Notes under the pieces: generated by a model | Databases searched by the model: none | Seen by the model: the letters and a program-made list of their open reading frames with translations, nothing else | Told to the model about the DNA's origin: nothing | Translations under genes and position numbers: made by a program | Shown here: in pieces, positions 17,532 through 26,124 of the stretch | Layout: each line of letters opens with the position of its first letter | How positions within the stretch are numbered: the stretch's first letter is position 1 | DNA from: a virus | Lineage: Duplodnaviria; Caudoviricetes | Direction: 5' to 3' (one strand) | IMG/VR virus record: IMGVR_UViG_3300044568_000318 | Span: 1-56,949 of that record | DNA: 56,949 nucleotides

Positions 17532-18676
17532 ATCTCCACCACTTCACCGAAGGGTGCCTTGCCCGGTTCCGTGGTGACCCACAGGACGGGAGCCGCAGGC
17601 TGGATGCCGAAGCTGTTGCAGCACAGGTCGGTGAGGAACGCAATGGCAACGGGCTCGATGCCCTGCTCCACGATGTGAGCGAACACCGGAGCGAAGTCGG
17701 TCCCTCCACCACCGTGGGGCTTGATGTCCAGCGGATCGTCCGGACCGTACTGCTCGGCGTGGCACACCTCACTGTCGAAGTACACCACGTGGATGCACTC
17801 GGGGTTGAGATCCTCCTTGACCACACGGATCTCGGCAGCGAACTGGGCGATCTCCGCATCACCGATGGACCCTGAGCAGTCCACAGCGAAGACGATGGGA
17901 CCCATGCGCTCACCACTGGCAGTGGGCAGGTACAGACCCTGCGGCAGGAAGCGTCGGTTGAACCGAGCCCAGGACCGAGAGTCATCCTTGCACTTCACGA
18001 GGAAGCGTTGCAGCACGTCTCGCCAGTCCACCTTGGGCTGCAACACCTCACCGACCACACGCTCCATGTTGGCCGACATCTTGCCCATCATCCGGGCAGC
18101 CTGTGCAGCCTGAGCCACGCGGACCTTCCACTCCGCAGCCTGTTGCGCTTGGTCAGCAGGAGTGCCCTCGGCATCCTCGCAGTCATCGAGAGGGCCGGGT
18201 CCTTGCCCGTCGCCCTGATCTTCGGGCAGGATGTTGTAGATCCCGTCCGAGGTGCCGTGCCCTGCGGTGTAGATGTTCTTGTCCAGCAGTCCCATGCTGG
18301 GCATCTTGCCGATCTTCTCGTCGGTCAGCAGTTGGTTGATCACGTAGTCAGCGGCACGGTTCCACTTCTTGTGGTCCCGGCCATGTCGCCGGTAGTTGTG
18401 CTCCAGCATGGGATGGAAGCACTCGTGGGCCACGAGGAACTTGAGTTCCTCATCCGACAACTTGTCGATGAACTCCGGGTTGAACAGCACACGCTTGCCG
18501 TTCGTCGCTGCCGTGGGGATGTCGAACGACAGGGTGAAGGGCATGGACAGGGCCACCGTGCCGACGAAGGGATGCTCAAGGATGAGAGCAGTCTTCGCCT
18601 TGGCAAGGCGGGTCTTGAGGACGGACTCCTTGCGGGGGTCCAGGGTCTTGGGCTTGGTTGCTACTACGCTTGTCAT
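17528..18676 (-). CDS. Metallopeptidase (HExxH) plus VWA domain protein (DUF2201-like)
   Basis: TAATNG, HECFH, WNRAAD; MIDAS motif DCSGS, GGGTDF, LTD. Confidence 0.9.
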   Translation of the reverse strand: MTSVVATKPKTLDPRKESVLKTRLAKAKTALILEHPFVGTVALSMPFTLSFDIPTAATNGKRVLFNPEFIDKLSDEELKFLVAHECFHPMLEHNYRRHGRDHKKWNRAADYVINQLLTDEKIGKMPSMGLLDKNIYTAGHGTSDGIYNILPEDQGDGQGPGPLDDCEDAEGTPADQAQQAAEWKVRVAQAAQAARMMGKMSANMERVVGEVLQPKVDWRDVLQRFLVKCKDDSRSWARFNRRFLPQGLYLPTASGERMGPIVFAVDCSGSIGDAEIAQFAAEIRVVKEDLNPECIHVVYFDSEVCHAEQYGPDDPLDIKPHGGGGTDFAPVFAHIVEQGIEPVAIAFLTDLCCNSFGIQPAAPVLWVTTEPGKAPFGEVVEM

Positions 18677-18679
18677 GTG

Positions 18680-19048
18680 TCACTCCATGCGAAGAAACTC
18701 GACCACATTCCGGGTCTTGTCGGATCGGCTGATGAACGTCTTGCGTCCCCAGGTCTTGCCTGCCCAGGCAGTCATGGACCCACGCAGGGACTCGATGTCG
18801 AACTTACCCGCAGGCACCTCCACTGCGTCACCGGGCCTGAGGGCATCCAGCATGGGCTGGAAGTAGTTCTGCAACGCACCGATGGGGTAGGGGCTGGGCT
18901 TGCGCTTGCGCTTCTTCTCCTCCACCTTGGGGGCGACGACGAGGTCACCGTACTCCGTGCCATCCGGCAGGATGATCTTGTACTGGGCACCGAGCCCGCT
19001 GAGGATGATGAGGGCACGCTTGAGCCCTTCCTTCTGCACTTCCAGCAT
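18680..19048 (-). CDS. Hypothetical basic protein
   Basis: MLEVQKEG...; GGAG SD. Confidence 0.65.
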   Translation of the reverse strand: MLEVQKEGLKRALIILSGLGAQYKIILPDGTEYGDLVVAPKVEEKKRKRKPSPYPIGALQNYFQPMLDALRPGDAVEVPAGKFDIESLRGSMTAWAGKTWGRKTFISRSDKTRNVVEFLRME

Positions 19049-19049
19049 T

Positions 19050-19910
19050 TCACTTGACTCCCATGAAGATGGACATCTTGTCCATGATTGCCTTCGCTTC
19101 AGCAGCAGTGTCCCGACGCAGGTCGGGGTCGTTACGCAGGGCATCCGGATGCTTGAGCAGGGATGCCTCCACTTGTGTCCGCATTTCCTCCAGGTGCGGA
19201 TCGTCAGAGAAGTTGAGCCTTGGTAGGAGGGCACAGATCTCCCGTGCGTTCTCCACCATCGAGTCGCGGAAGATCGCCTTGGGGTCGGCCAGTTTCTCCG
19301 CCATGTGCTTGACCCGGTCGAACAGGCGCTGCCACACCTCCTGCATGGCTTGCTGCTGTGCCTGCTGCACTCGACGCTCGACATCCTGCTGGATGCGAGA
19401 CATCTCGTCGCTGCCGATGCTCACCCGGAAGTCCGACGACGGCACAGGGAACACAGCCATGTCGATGTTGAACTTGCACCGGATCTCGGCCACCGAGGGG
19501 TAGTCAGCCGGGTCGTACAGGTTGCCCAGGGTGCGTTGCAGGATGTGCTTGTCGTGCACCACAAGCTGCTCGTAGTTGAGCACGAAGTCGTTGACCAACC
19601 TGTTCCACTCATCACGCTCCTTGCGGAAGTCCGTCATGAAGTTGAGGTAGTTGGCCGAGGGCAGCATCTGCGTGCCCTCCATGCCCCAGGGCAGGGTGTT
19701 GGCGTAGAACTTCGTCCGGATGTACGTAGTCTTCTTGTGCACATGGTCGAGGGCATCGTTCATGGGCAGCAGGGACTTGTTGTACCGTCCGGCAGACATC
19801 GACGCACTGTTGGCATCGGCCACCTCCTTGGTGGCACGCTTGTCGTACTTGCGTGCAGTCCACTGGCTGACGCTCAGTTGCACCAGCAGGGCTCGTTCCG
19901 AAAGATTCAT
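19050..19910 (-). CDS. Phage protein associated with the AAA/VWA module
   Basis: MNLSERALLV...WTARKYD...; GAGGAG SD. Confidence 0.75.
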   Translation of the reverse strand: MNLSERALLVQLSVSQWTARKYDKRATKEVADANSASMSAGRYNKSLLPMNDALDHVHKKTTYIRTKFYANTLPWGMEGTQMLPSANYLNFMTDFRKERDEWNRLVNDFVLNYEQLVVHDKHILQRTLGNLYDPADYPSVAEIRCKFNIDMAVFPVPSSDFRVSIGSDEMSRIQQDVERRVQQAQQQAMQEVWQRLFDRVKHMAEKLADPKAIFRDSMVENAREICALLPRLNFSDDPHLEEMRTQVEASLLKHPDALRNDPDLRRDTAAEAKAIMDKMSIFMGVK

Positions 19911-19938
19911 CGCTTGTACTCCTCTTGGTTGTGGGTTG

Positions 19939-20970
19939 TCAGAACAGAACATCCTGGTGGTTGACCGACCACCGGGTGAACGCTGCCGTGTTGCACAGGT
20001 CCGGGTCACGACGGCAGGCCATGCTCATCGAGAGCACCGAGAACTCCTTGGGCATCCGCTCGATGTAGTCGTTGAACCGCTCCATGTTCGCCTCCGTAGC
20101 CCGTGTCGCCAGGGCACCGCTGAGAGCGTAGAGAGTCGCCGGGTCACTGGGCACGTCGCTCGTCTTGGGGTTGAGCAGCACACCGTCCGGGTTGGGCAGC
20201 TTGCGGAAGATCTTGAGGAACCCCACGAACTCAGCCGCTGCACCCTCACCGACCGTGCCCTTGAAGCACTCGTACTCAGCCTCGGCAGGCACCGTGCCAA
20301 GCACATCGCTCACACCCTCAACCCATGCCCTGGGAGTGGGGTTGCTGTCACGCTGCGGGTCGTAGTCATGCAGCAGACCGGGACGGAAGGAGATGAACGA
20401 GATCACCTCGGCACGAACACCGTGATTGATCGCCCATCCACGGAAGTCATCGAGGTGGGTTTCGAGTTCGATGACCGTCTCGCGGTTACGCAGATGGCCC
20501 AGCACCCGGTTGGCACCAGCACGGTCGGACTGCCTGTTGCCAGTGGAGATCACCATCCACCCATCGGGCATGGACACACCGTGCAAGTTGCGTGCTTGGC
20601 AGATGTTAGCCAGCACCTTCTGCAAGTCAGCAGACGCTTGGTTGCGGTCATCGAAGCACAGGATGCCAGCCTCCGGTGCCTTGCCCTTGACGGGGAACCA
20701 GTCGGGCAACTTGTAGGCCAGCGTCGAGTCGCCGCCCGACACGGGCAACCCATTCCCCTGCTTCGCAGGGTCACTCGTTCCAGGGAACAAGATGCCGAAG
20801 TCCTCCACCAGCATGGTGGGCATGTGCCGTTCGATGTAGGGCACACCGAGTTCGGCTGCAACTTCTTGCACGATGGTGGTCTTGCCGCCACCGGGGCTGC
20901 CCTCGATGCACAGGGTACGCTTGATGGGGAACAGGGACTTGATGGTCTCTTTCAGCAGGGATGCACGCAT
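19939..20970 (-). CDS. MoxR-like AAA+ ATPase
   Basis: GSPGGGKT, LCFDDRN, STGNR, LRNR and PTPRAW. Confidence 0.9.
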   Translation of the reverse strand: MRASLLKETIKSLFPIKRTLCIEGSPGGGKTTIVQEVAAELGVPYIERHMPTMLVEDFGILFPGTSDPAKQGNGLPVSGGDSTLAYKLPDWFPVKGKAPEAGILCFDDRNQASADLQKVLANICQARNLHGVSMPDGWMVISTGNRQSDRAGANRVLGHLRNRETVIELETHLDDFRGWAINHGVRAEVISFISFRPGLLHDYDPQRDSNPTPRAWVEGVSDVLGTVPAEAEYECFKGTVGEGAAAEFVGFLKIFRKLPNPDGVLLNPKTSDVPSDPATLYALSGALATRATEANMERFNDYIERMPKEFSVLSMSMACRRDPDLCNTAAFTRWSVNHQDVLF

Positions 20971-20971
20971 T

Positions 20972-21154
20972 TCAGACTCCGTTCTTGTTGAACTTCACAT
21001 GGTCAGGGCCGAAGGACACGACGGTGTTGCCACCGATCTCATCCCGAGCCTTCTTCGCTTCGGGCTTGGCGCTGAAGTACAGCACCAGCCCGCTGATTGG
21101 CCCCTTCACAGGGGCTCCGCCTTTGCCGCTTCGCAGCATGAACAAACGCTTCAC
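20972..21154 (-). CDS. Small basic hypothetical protein
   Basis: GTG start with GGAG SD; coupled. Confidence 0.55.
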   Translation of the reverse strand: MKRLFMLRSGKGGAPVKGPISGLVLYFSAKPEAKKARDEIGGNTVVSFGPDHVKFNKNGV

Positions 21155-21327
21155 TTCTTCTCCGTTGGTTGGGGGATAACTACACACTCATACGCATGAC
21201 GCTCCCCCTTTGCGTCTACGTACGTCTCGCCACAGCCTGCGATCCACTCGATGAAGATCACCATCAAACCGGCTGCAATGACGAGGGATCCGATGAGGTT
21301 GAGCATGAACTTGAGGAGCGATCTCAC
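21151..21327 (-). CDS. Small membrane-anchored protein
   Basis: Hydrophobic N-terminus then AGCGETY. Confidence 0.55.
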   Translation of the reverse strand: MRSLLKFMLNLIGSLVIAAGLMVIFIEWIAGCGETYVDAKGERHAYECVVIPQPTEKK

Positions 21328-21530
21328 TGGGTCACTCCTGTGAACATCTTGCGGGTGTACTCGGCCTTGGCCTCCGGGGTGTCTTCGATGTAGATGATCC
21401 TCATGTCGAGGTTGCACTCCGGGATGTCTTTGCGCTCCCGGTTACAGCCCACAAAGAAGGGATTCGCTTTCCGGAACACACACCCATAGCAGTCTGCGTA
21501 CTTCAACTCACGAACCTTGATGACTTTCAT
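21324..21530 (-). CDS. Cys4 small protein, paralog 3
   Basis: CYGC...C...PEC...DTPE. Confidence 0.6.
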   Translation of the reverse strand: MKVIKVRELKYADCYGCVFRKANPFFVGCNRERKDIPECNLDMRIIYIEDTPEAKAEYTRKMFTGVTQ

Positions 21531-21790
21531 CGGTCCACCTTTCCAAGGATCAGAGCCTTGGCGACGTTCGCCCTGGTCTCCTGTGTGTTGAGTGCGAATG
21601 TCATCCCAGCACATGCTGGTAGGAATCCACAATCCAGCTTCGTCGGGTATCTGTGTCTGACACAGTGCTTGCACCCAAGTGCCGTATCCGGCACTGGCAG
21701 CATCTCCACCCTCCCTTCGATCATGCTGAATGGGGCGTAAAGAGTCATGCAGCCGTAGAGACCGTGGGGTAGTTTGGGTAGTTCCTTCAT
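21527..21790 (-). CDS. Cys4 small protein, paralog 2
   Basis: CKHC...C...PAC...NTQET; GGAGG SD. Confidence 0.65.
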   Translation of the reverse strand: MKELPKLPHGLYGCMTLYAPFSMIEGRVEMLPVPDTALGCKHCVRHRYPTKLDCGFLPACAGMTFALNTQETRANVAKALILGKVDR

Positions 21791-22050
21791 CCTCCGTACC
21801 TCCTGCCTGTGATCTTGGCCTTGACCACCTGGATCACGGTTTCCTGTGTGTTGGGCATGAACGTAAGGCTGTCGCAGTTGGGCATCTGTACGCAGGAGTT
21901 GACAACCACATCGGCGTCCACCACACAGGCCCCACATAAGGCGTAGTCGTGGTTCACGGCCACCACCTCCACCCTCTCGGGCAGGGTGGAGAACACAGCC
22001 CCTTCCGGGACCTTCGCGTCATCGGCCCATGAGAAGTCGATGTGCTTCAC
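21787..22050 (-). CDS. Cys4 small protein, paralog 1
   Basis: CGAC...C...PNC...NTQET; GGAGG SD. Confidence 0.65.
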   Translation of the reverse strand: MKHIDFSWADDAKVPEGAVFSTLPERVEVVAVNHDYALCGACVVDADVVVNSCVQMPNCDSLTFMPNTQETVIQVVKAKITGRRYGG

Positions 22051-22271
22051 CTGTGCAACCCTCCCTTGTTGTTGATCCCCTTGAGATCCTCGGGGTCGGT
22101 GATGAGCATGTAGTTGCTCTTGTGCAGCGGCACCACGGTGCGCTTCACCTGCTTGGCTACCGCATCTCCACACCCCATGCACGTCGGCCTTGGGGCTCGT
22201 GCCCTGTGGGGCTCCACCCTCACTGCATAGCAGTGGGTGCAGATGGGGAGGTAGAGGTTCTTCTCAGTCAC
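22047..22271 (-). CDS. C4 zinc-finger protein (TraR/DksA-finger-like)
   Basis: CTHC...R...TCMGC; AGGAG SD. Confidence 0.65.
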   Translation of the reverse strand: MTEKNLYLPICTHCYAVRVEPHRARAPRPTCMGCGDAVAKQVKRTVVPLHKSNYMLITDPEDLKGINNKGGLHR

Positions 22272-22464
22272 CGCGTGGCACTCCTGTCCAGTTGAGCTTG
22301 ACACTGTGCACCCAGTAGTCAGCCTGGGTACCACCGAAGTGGGGATGAGCGATGTAGTCGTGCACGGCTGCCCTGGCAGTCTGCTGGTCGGTGTGCACCG
22401 AGAGCAGTGTGGGGGTGTCATCCCCCAGGGACTCCACAACCCATACGTGGGTGAGATCAGTCAT
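22264..22464 (-). CDS. Hypothetical protein
   Basis: Coupled overlaps. Confidence 0.55.
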   Translation of the reverse strand: MTDLTHVWVVESLGDDTPTLLSVHTDQQTARAAVHDYIAHPHFGGTQADYWVHSVKLNWTGVPRGD

Positions 22465-22805
22465 TCCGTGATCCTCCGCTTGACGAGGGCTTTGTATCCA
22501 CTGGAGACCAGGAGGGTCATCTCATCCCTGGTGAGGGGTTGGGTCGGGACACCGGGCATGGTCTGCCGCCTATGCATGGCGGTGGTCTGGGAGTACCACT
22601 CCTTGTTCTCGAACCACACATCCTTGCCCTGAAGATGGATGCAGACGAACAGGGGCCAGTAGCCATAACTCTGCACGAGGTAACCGCTATCCCCAGGCTC
22701 GGTTGACGATGGGTTGGCACACCAGTAGGTGCCGCTGAGGTTGCTGGCGGTGAAGGGGTGTAGACGCTTGACGAAGACACGGGCATCGCGGTTGGCGATC
22801 TTCAC
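22461..22805 (-). CDS. Hypothetical protein
   Basis: YLVQSYGYWPLF...WFENKEWYSQTT..H; GGAGG SD. Confidence 0.65.
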   Translation of the reverse strand: MKIANRDARVFVKRLHPFTASNLSGTYWCANPSSTEPGDSGYLVQSYGYWPLFVCIHLQGKDVWFENKEWYSQTTAMHRRQTMPGVPTQPLTRDEMTLLVSSGYKALVKRRITE

Positions 22806-23176
22806 AGCAGTTCCTCCGGAATGTCCACCTCGTCACCGAGGCGGGATGCTACGAAGCAGCGCATGGCTGCTACCAGTGGAGTGGGGCCGACCTGCTTGTG
22901 CTTCCACTTGTAGACCGAGCCAACATTGGGCACTTCGGATGTGCCATCGTGTGCATAAGCACACCAGTTGGATGGGGTGCAAGTAACGGCAAGCCTCTCA
23001 CGCTCGATGATCGGGCCACCGTGGGCCCAGTTGGTGGAGGGGCTCCACTCCCATCGGTAATCGTGCCCGCCCTCAATGCCGTACCACAACCCCCGACCGT
23101 AGTAGGTCACGGTTTTTCCCTCACACTTCGCCACCGCCCAATCAAGGGCGGCTCCGATCAGCTCACTGGTCTTCAT
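22802..23176 (-). CDS. NinX/DUF2591-family phage protein
   Basis: SELIGAALDWAVA...PSTNWAHGGPIIERE...GPTPLVAAMRCFVAS. Confidence 0.85.
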   Translation of the reverse strand: MKTSELIGAALDWAVAKCEGKTVTYYGRGLWYGIEGGHDYRWEWSPSTNWAHGGPIIERERLAVTCTPSNWCAYAHDGTSEVPNVGSVYKWKHKQVGPTPLVAAMRCFVASRLGDEVDIPEELL

Positions 23177-23424
23177 GAGTGGAACCCGTAGTGAGTACCG
23201 TGCCACACGGCACCGATGACGTAGTACAACTCACCATCCCCCTTGAGGTAGGTGGCGACCAAGTCGGTGTCGCCATCCCGGTGGATCCGGACGGTGGGAA
23301 CCTCCATGTTCCACGTGGAGAGGTAGCCGACAGCCTCCCACAGCTTGTCCCAGGAGCCGATGGCCTGGGCGATGGTGGTTAGATTCTCTGCTGTCAGCAG
23401 CAGTTCGACGGTACGTTTGTCCAT
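23173..23424 (-). CDS. Hypothetical protein
   Basis: ATGA overlap with the ninX-like gene. Confidence 0.6.
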   Translation of the reverse strand: MDKRTVELLLTAENLTTIAQAIGSWDKLWEAVGYLSTWNMEVPTVRIHRDGDTDLVATYLKGDGELYYVIGAVWHGTHYGFHS

Positions 23425-23497
23425 GAGTACTCTCACTTCATCGATGTGACGACCACATCCCACAGGGCACCTTGTGGATGCCCTGTAAGCCAGGGTC

Positions 23498-23692
23498 TCA
23501 CTTCATGCTGATGTGGGCATCGAAGCCCTGGTCGATGATCTTGTTGAGGAAGTTGACAGCCGCCGTATCACGACGGAACCAACGGAACTCCTTGGCTCCA
23601 CTGGTGTAGTTGGTATAGGCCACGCAGAAGCGCAGTGCCTCTTGACGACGGGTCTTGCGAGGGGCCTTGTAAGGCAGGGTGGTGATCTTCAT
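23498..23692 (-). CDS. Small basic hypothetical protein
   Basis: GGAG SD; flanked by hairpins. Confidence 0.65.
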   Translation of the reverse strand: MKITTLPYKAPRKTRRQEALRFCVAYTNYTSGAKEFRWFRRDTAAVNFLNKIIDQGFDAHISMK

Positions 23693-23749
23693 GGTGAATA
23701 CTCCGATGAACCAGGGATGGGGAGTGAGACGGCACTCCCCTGACCGATG

Positions 23750-24040
23750 TCAGAACAACTTGGTGATGACAGCCTTGGAGGGGGCCTTCTGGGGCTCCAG
23801 CAGAGCGAGGTAGGGCTTACCCCACTTGTCGGTGAGCAGCACCGGAGCGGTGCAGTTGGGCTTACCCTTGGGCTTGTAAAGCCGGATGGGCATCTTGTGC
23901 TCCTTGCTGTACGCCAGCATCTTTGCGTACAGTTCGTCCACGTTGGCAAACGTAAACTTGCCTTCAGTATCCGGCTTGACAGCCAGTTCGCCCTTCGAGT
24001 TGCTGTACACAGAGACGGGCAGTTTGTACATCATAGCCAT
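23750..24040 (-). CDS. Lys-rich early protein
   Basis: AAGGAG SD before ATG 24040. Confidence 0.7.
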   Translation of the reverse strand: MAMMYKLPVSVYSNSKGELAVKPDTEGKFTFANVDELYAKMLAYSKEHKMPIRLYKPKGKPNCTAPVLLTDKWGKPYLALLEPQKAPSKAVITKLF

Positions 24041-24088
24041 CTTAGGCTCCTTACAGGTAAAGTTGATGGAGTGGCCGGGGCCAGGGCC

Positions 24089-24117
24089 AGGCTGACGCGG
24101 CCGGCCGAAAATGTCAA
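24089..24117 (-). promoter_or_regulatory. Putative early promoter
   Basis: TTGACA-N17-CAGCCT upstream of the 24040 gene; poor -10. Confidence 0.4.
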
Positions 24118-24149
24118 GTTGGCCCATGTAGCCTGTCCCATGAGGGTGC

Positions 24150-24600
24150 GCGCGCATGTAAACAATCCATGTGGATTGTAAGGTTGAGGTAGAAAAGGTA
24201 GGTGGGGAAACCTTACGTAGATCGTGCAAGTGGTTGATTCATAAGGGGTTTTCGGAAATGATCTAAAAAAGGTAGATTTTTGAGTGTAATGTTGAGATTT
24301 TGAGATGAGGGGGAGAGCGTTCCGCATTGTGAAATGTCAAGCGGGCGATGCGGGCTACTGAAAAGGGTATATAAAAAACACTACTTTTCTATCTTATATA
24401 GATTATATACCGGCCACTCCCCCGTGGCTCACCTCGGCTAAGTCCTTGATTTATAACGCTTTTCCTCATAACTTGACAGATGTAAAGTGTCAAGTTGCAC
24501 AATGTGAAATGCTGCCTTGTTGTAGCGTTGTAAAGTTCTCAGATAGATTGTTTACAAGTTGACACATTGACCCCCCTAGAATGTATAGTTGTAGTACACG
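24150..24600. other. AT-rich non-coding control region / putative origin
   Basis: Sharp GC drop, repeated GT(A/C)A(A/G)GTT motifs and two IHF-consensus sites. Confidence 0.6.
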
Positions 24601-24687
24601 TCATGCGACAGAGCTACAAACCCCCGACGTATGGGGCTGTTTGTAGTAAGGCACCCACTGCCCCATCGTGGTGCGCTGTGCGTGGAC

Positions 24688-24724
24688 AAAAGAAAAGCCC
24701 GCTCACCTTGCGGTGGCGGGCTCG
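24688..24724 (-). terminator. Rho-independent terminator
   Basis: GCCCGC..CACC/GGTG..GCGGGC stem followed by TTTTCTTTT on the minus strand. Confidence 0.75.
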
Positions 24725-24726
24725 GT

Positions 24727-24894
24727 TCACTTGAACCAGTACCGCATTGGAAGAGACCAGAAGAACCGCCAGCGAGCCCAGTTCTCCGTGTCTTGTCCAA
24801 CCCTTGCGGCGTCCAGAAAGGTCAGCCGCGTGTAGCGGCTGACACCTACAGCAACACGCCACATGGTGGGCGTGTGCACTCTGCTTAGCAGCAT
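24727..24894 (-). CDS. 55-aa Trp/Arg-rich small protein (not in ORF track)
   Basis: AAGGAG-N6-ATG; MLLSRVHTPTMW...WARWRFFWSLPMRYWFK; terminator immediately after the stop. Confidence 0.6.
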   Translation of the reverse strand: MLLSRVHTPTMWRVAVGVSRYTRLTFLDAARVGQDTENWARWRFFWSLPMRYWFK

Positions 24895-24909
24895 CGTTCA
24901 CTCCTTAGG

Positions 24910-24949
24910 AAAAGAAAGCCCGGTCGGCTTTACCGGCCGACCGGGGCTC
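24910..24949 (-). terminator. Rho-independent terminator
   Basis: CCGGTCGGC/GCCGACCGG stem followed by TTTCTTTT on the minus strand. Confidence 0.75.
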
Positions 24950-24960
24950 ATACCGCAGGC

Positions 24961-25245
24961 TCAGAAGAGCTTGCGGGGACCCTTCGCTACGTTCTCATCC
25001 TTGTCGATGATAGTCACGCCGTCGAGGGGCGATTCCCTATCCATGTCGAGTCGGACGTAGATCGCTCCACCGGCCATCGGAGGGCTCATCGCCAAGGCGT
25101 TGACCTTGGCGGGAGCCTTGATGAGCTTGACCGCTTGCAGTCCCGAGAAGGTACCCTTATCGGAAACGCGGGTTGCGGTAACCTCGACCACGAAGGTCAA
25201 GGGGCGGATGCTGCGCTTCGGCGCGGCTTCAGGCTTATCTGCCAT
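24961..25245 (-). CDS. Probable first early gene, hypothetical
   Basis: GGAG SD; followed by a terminator. Confidence 0.65.
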   Translation of the reverse strand: MADKPEAAPKRSIRPLTFVVEVTATRVSDKGTFSGLQAVKLIKAPAKVNALAMSPPMAGGAIYVRLDMDRESPLDGVTIIDKDENVAKGPRKLF

Positions 25246-25356
25246 TTTCCACTCCACGAAACGCGGGTCCCGATAGATTGTGAAAGAGCGAGGGACTCGG
25301 GTCCCGCTTGGGATCCCTCGTTCCTGTCGACTGCGGTGTCCGCCGTCGACACATTC

Positions 25357-25388
25357 AGACTGGCAGAACCTTACAAAAACGTCAAGTT
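25357..25388 (-). promoter_or_regulatory. Putative early promoter with overlapping operator-like motif
   Basis: TTGACG-N17-CAGTCT with TGn extension. Confidence 0.45.
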
Positions 25389-25597
25389 ACCGAGGCAGGA
25401 ATACCCGACTGCGCCGCAGGGTTTTTGCCTGCGGCCGGTCGCGCCGCGCTGGCGAACGGGCGAGGGAGGGGGGTACATGGATCGGCAAAAACTACCCGCC
25501 CCCCATTTGTAGGCAACCTCTCAACCCAAGACCCGAAAAACCAGAGTGTAAAGTTAGCGCCTGGGGCGCACACCCAGTAAAGTTACGCCGCCCCAAT

Positions 25598-25626
25598 TTG
25601 CACCAACCCCCCACTCCCCCTACACT
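25598..25626 (+). promoter_or_regulatory. Putative sigma70 promoter for the packaging/late operon
   Basis: TTGCAC-N17-TACACT, 6 nt before ATG 25633. Confidence 0.55.
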
Positions 25627-25632
25627 CCCGTC

Positions 25633-26124
25633 ATGGACAACCTCCCGCTGAACCTGACCAAGTGGAACGACAGGCTGGCGTTCGATGTGGCCCTCACCCT
25701 TGAGGGCAGTGGAGAGACGCTGAATGAGATCGTCGCCCGCCACAGGATCCAACCCGCCGACCTCCTCACGTTCAACCAGGACCCGCTCTTCCTCAAGAAG
25801 GTCGAGCACTACCGCAACGAGGTCAGGGACAAGGGGCTCACGTTCCGACTCAAGGCCCGCGCACAGGCCGAAGAACTCCTCACCACCTCGTGGCTCCTCA
25901 TCCACGATCCAGCGGTCTCCCCCACGGTCAAGGCCGACCTGATCAAGTCCACCGTCAAGTGGGGTGGCCTGGAACCGAAGGACACCGCCTCAGCTTCCGC
26001 TGAAGGTGGTGGTGTGAAGATCACCATCAACCTGGGCTCCAGCCCCCAGGATGCGCGTACCATCGAGGCAACCCAGGAGGTCGTGGATGTCCCTGCCGAC
26101 GAGTATTCAGAGTCTGTTCAGTGA
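25633..26124 (+). CDS. Putative terminase small subunit
   Basis: First late gene upstream of terL; HTH-like N-terminus and VKITINLG C-terminal strand. Confidence 0.65.
   Translation: MDNLPLNLTKWNDRLAFDVALTLEGSGETLNEIVARHRIQPADLLTFNQDPLFLKKVEHYRNEVRDKGLTFRLKARAQAEELLTTSWLLIHDPAVSPTVKADLIKSTVKWGGLEPKDTASASAEGGGVKITINLGSSPQDARTIEATQEVVDVPADEYSESVQ

Noticed and set aside
21859-21872. 14-bp inverted match to 9808-9821
   Set aside because: Lies within coding sequence; matches of this length are expected by chance in 57 kb.
24614-24901. 95-aa track ORF on the minus strand
   Set aside because: It crosses a terminator, and the SD fits the 55-aa ORF in another frame.
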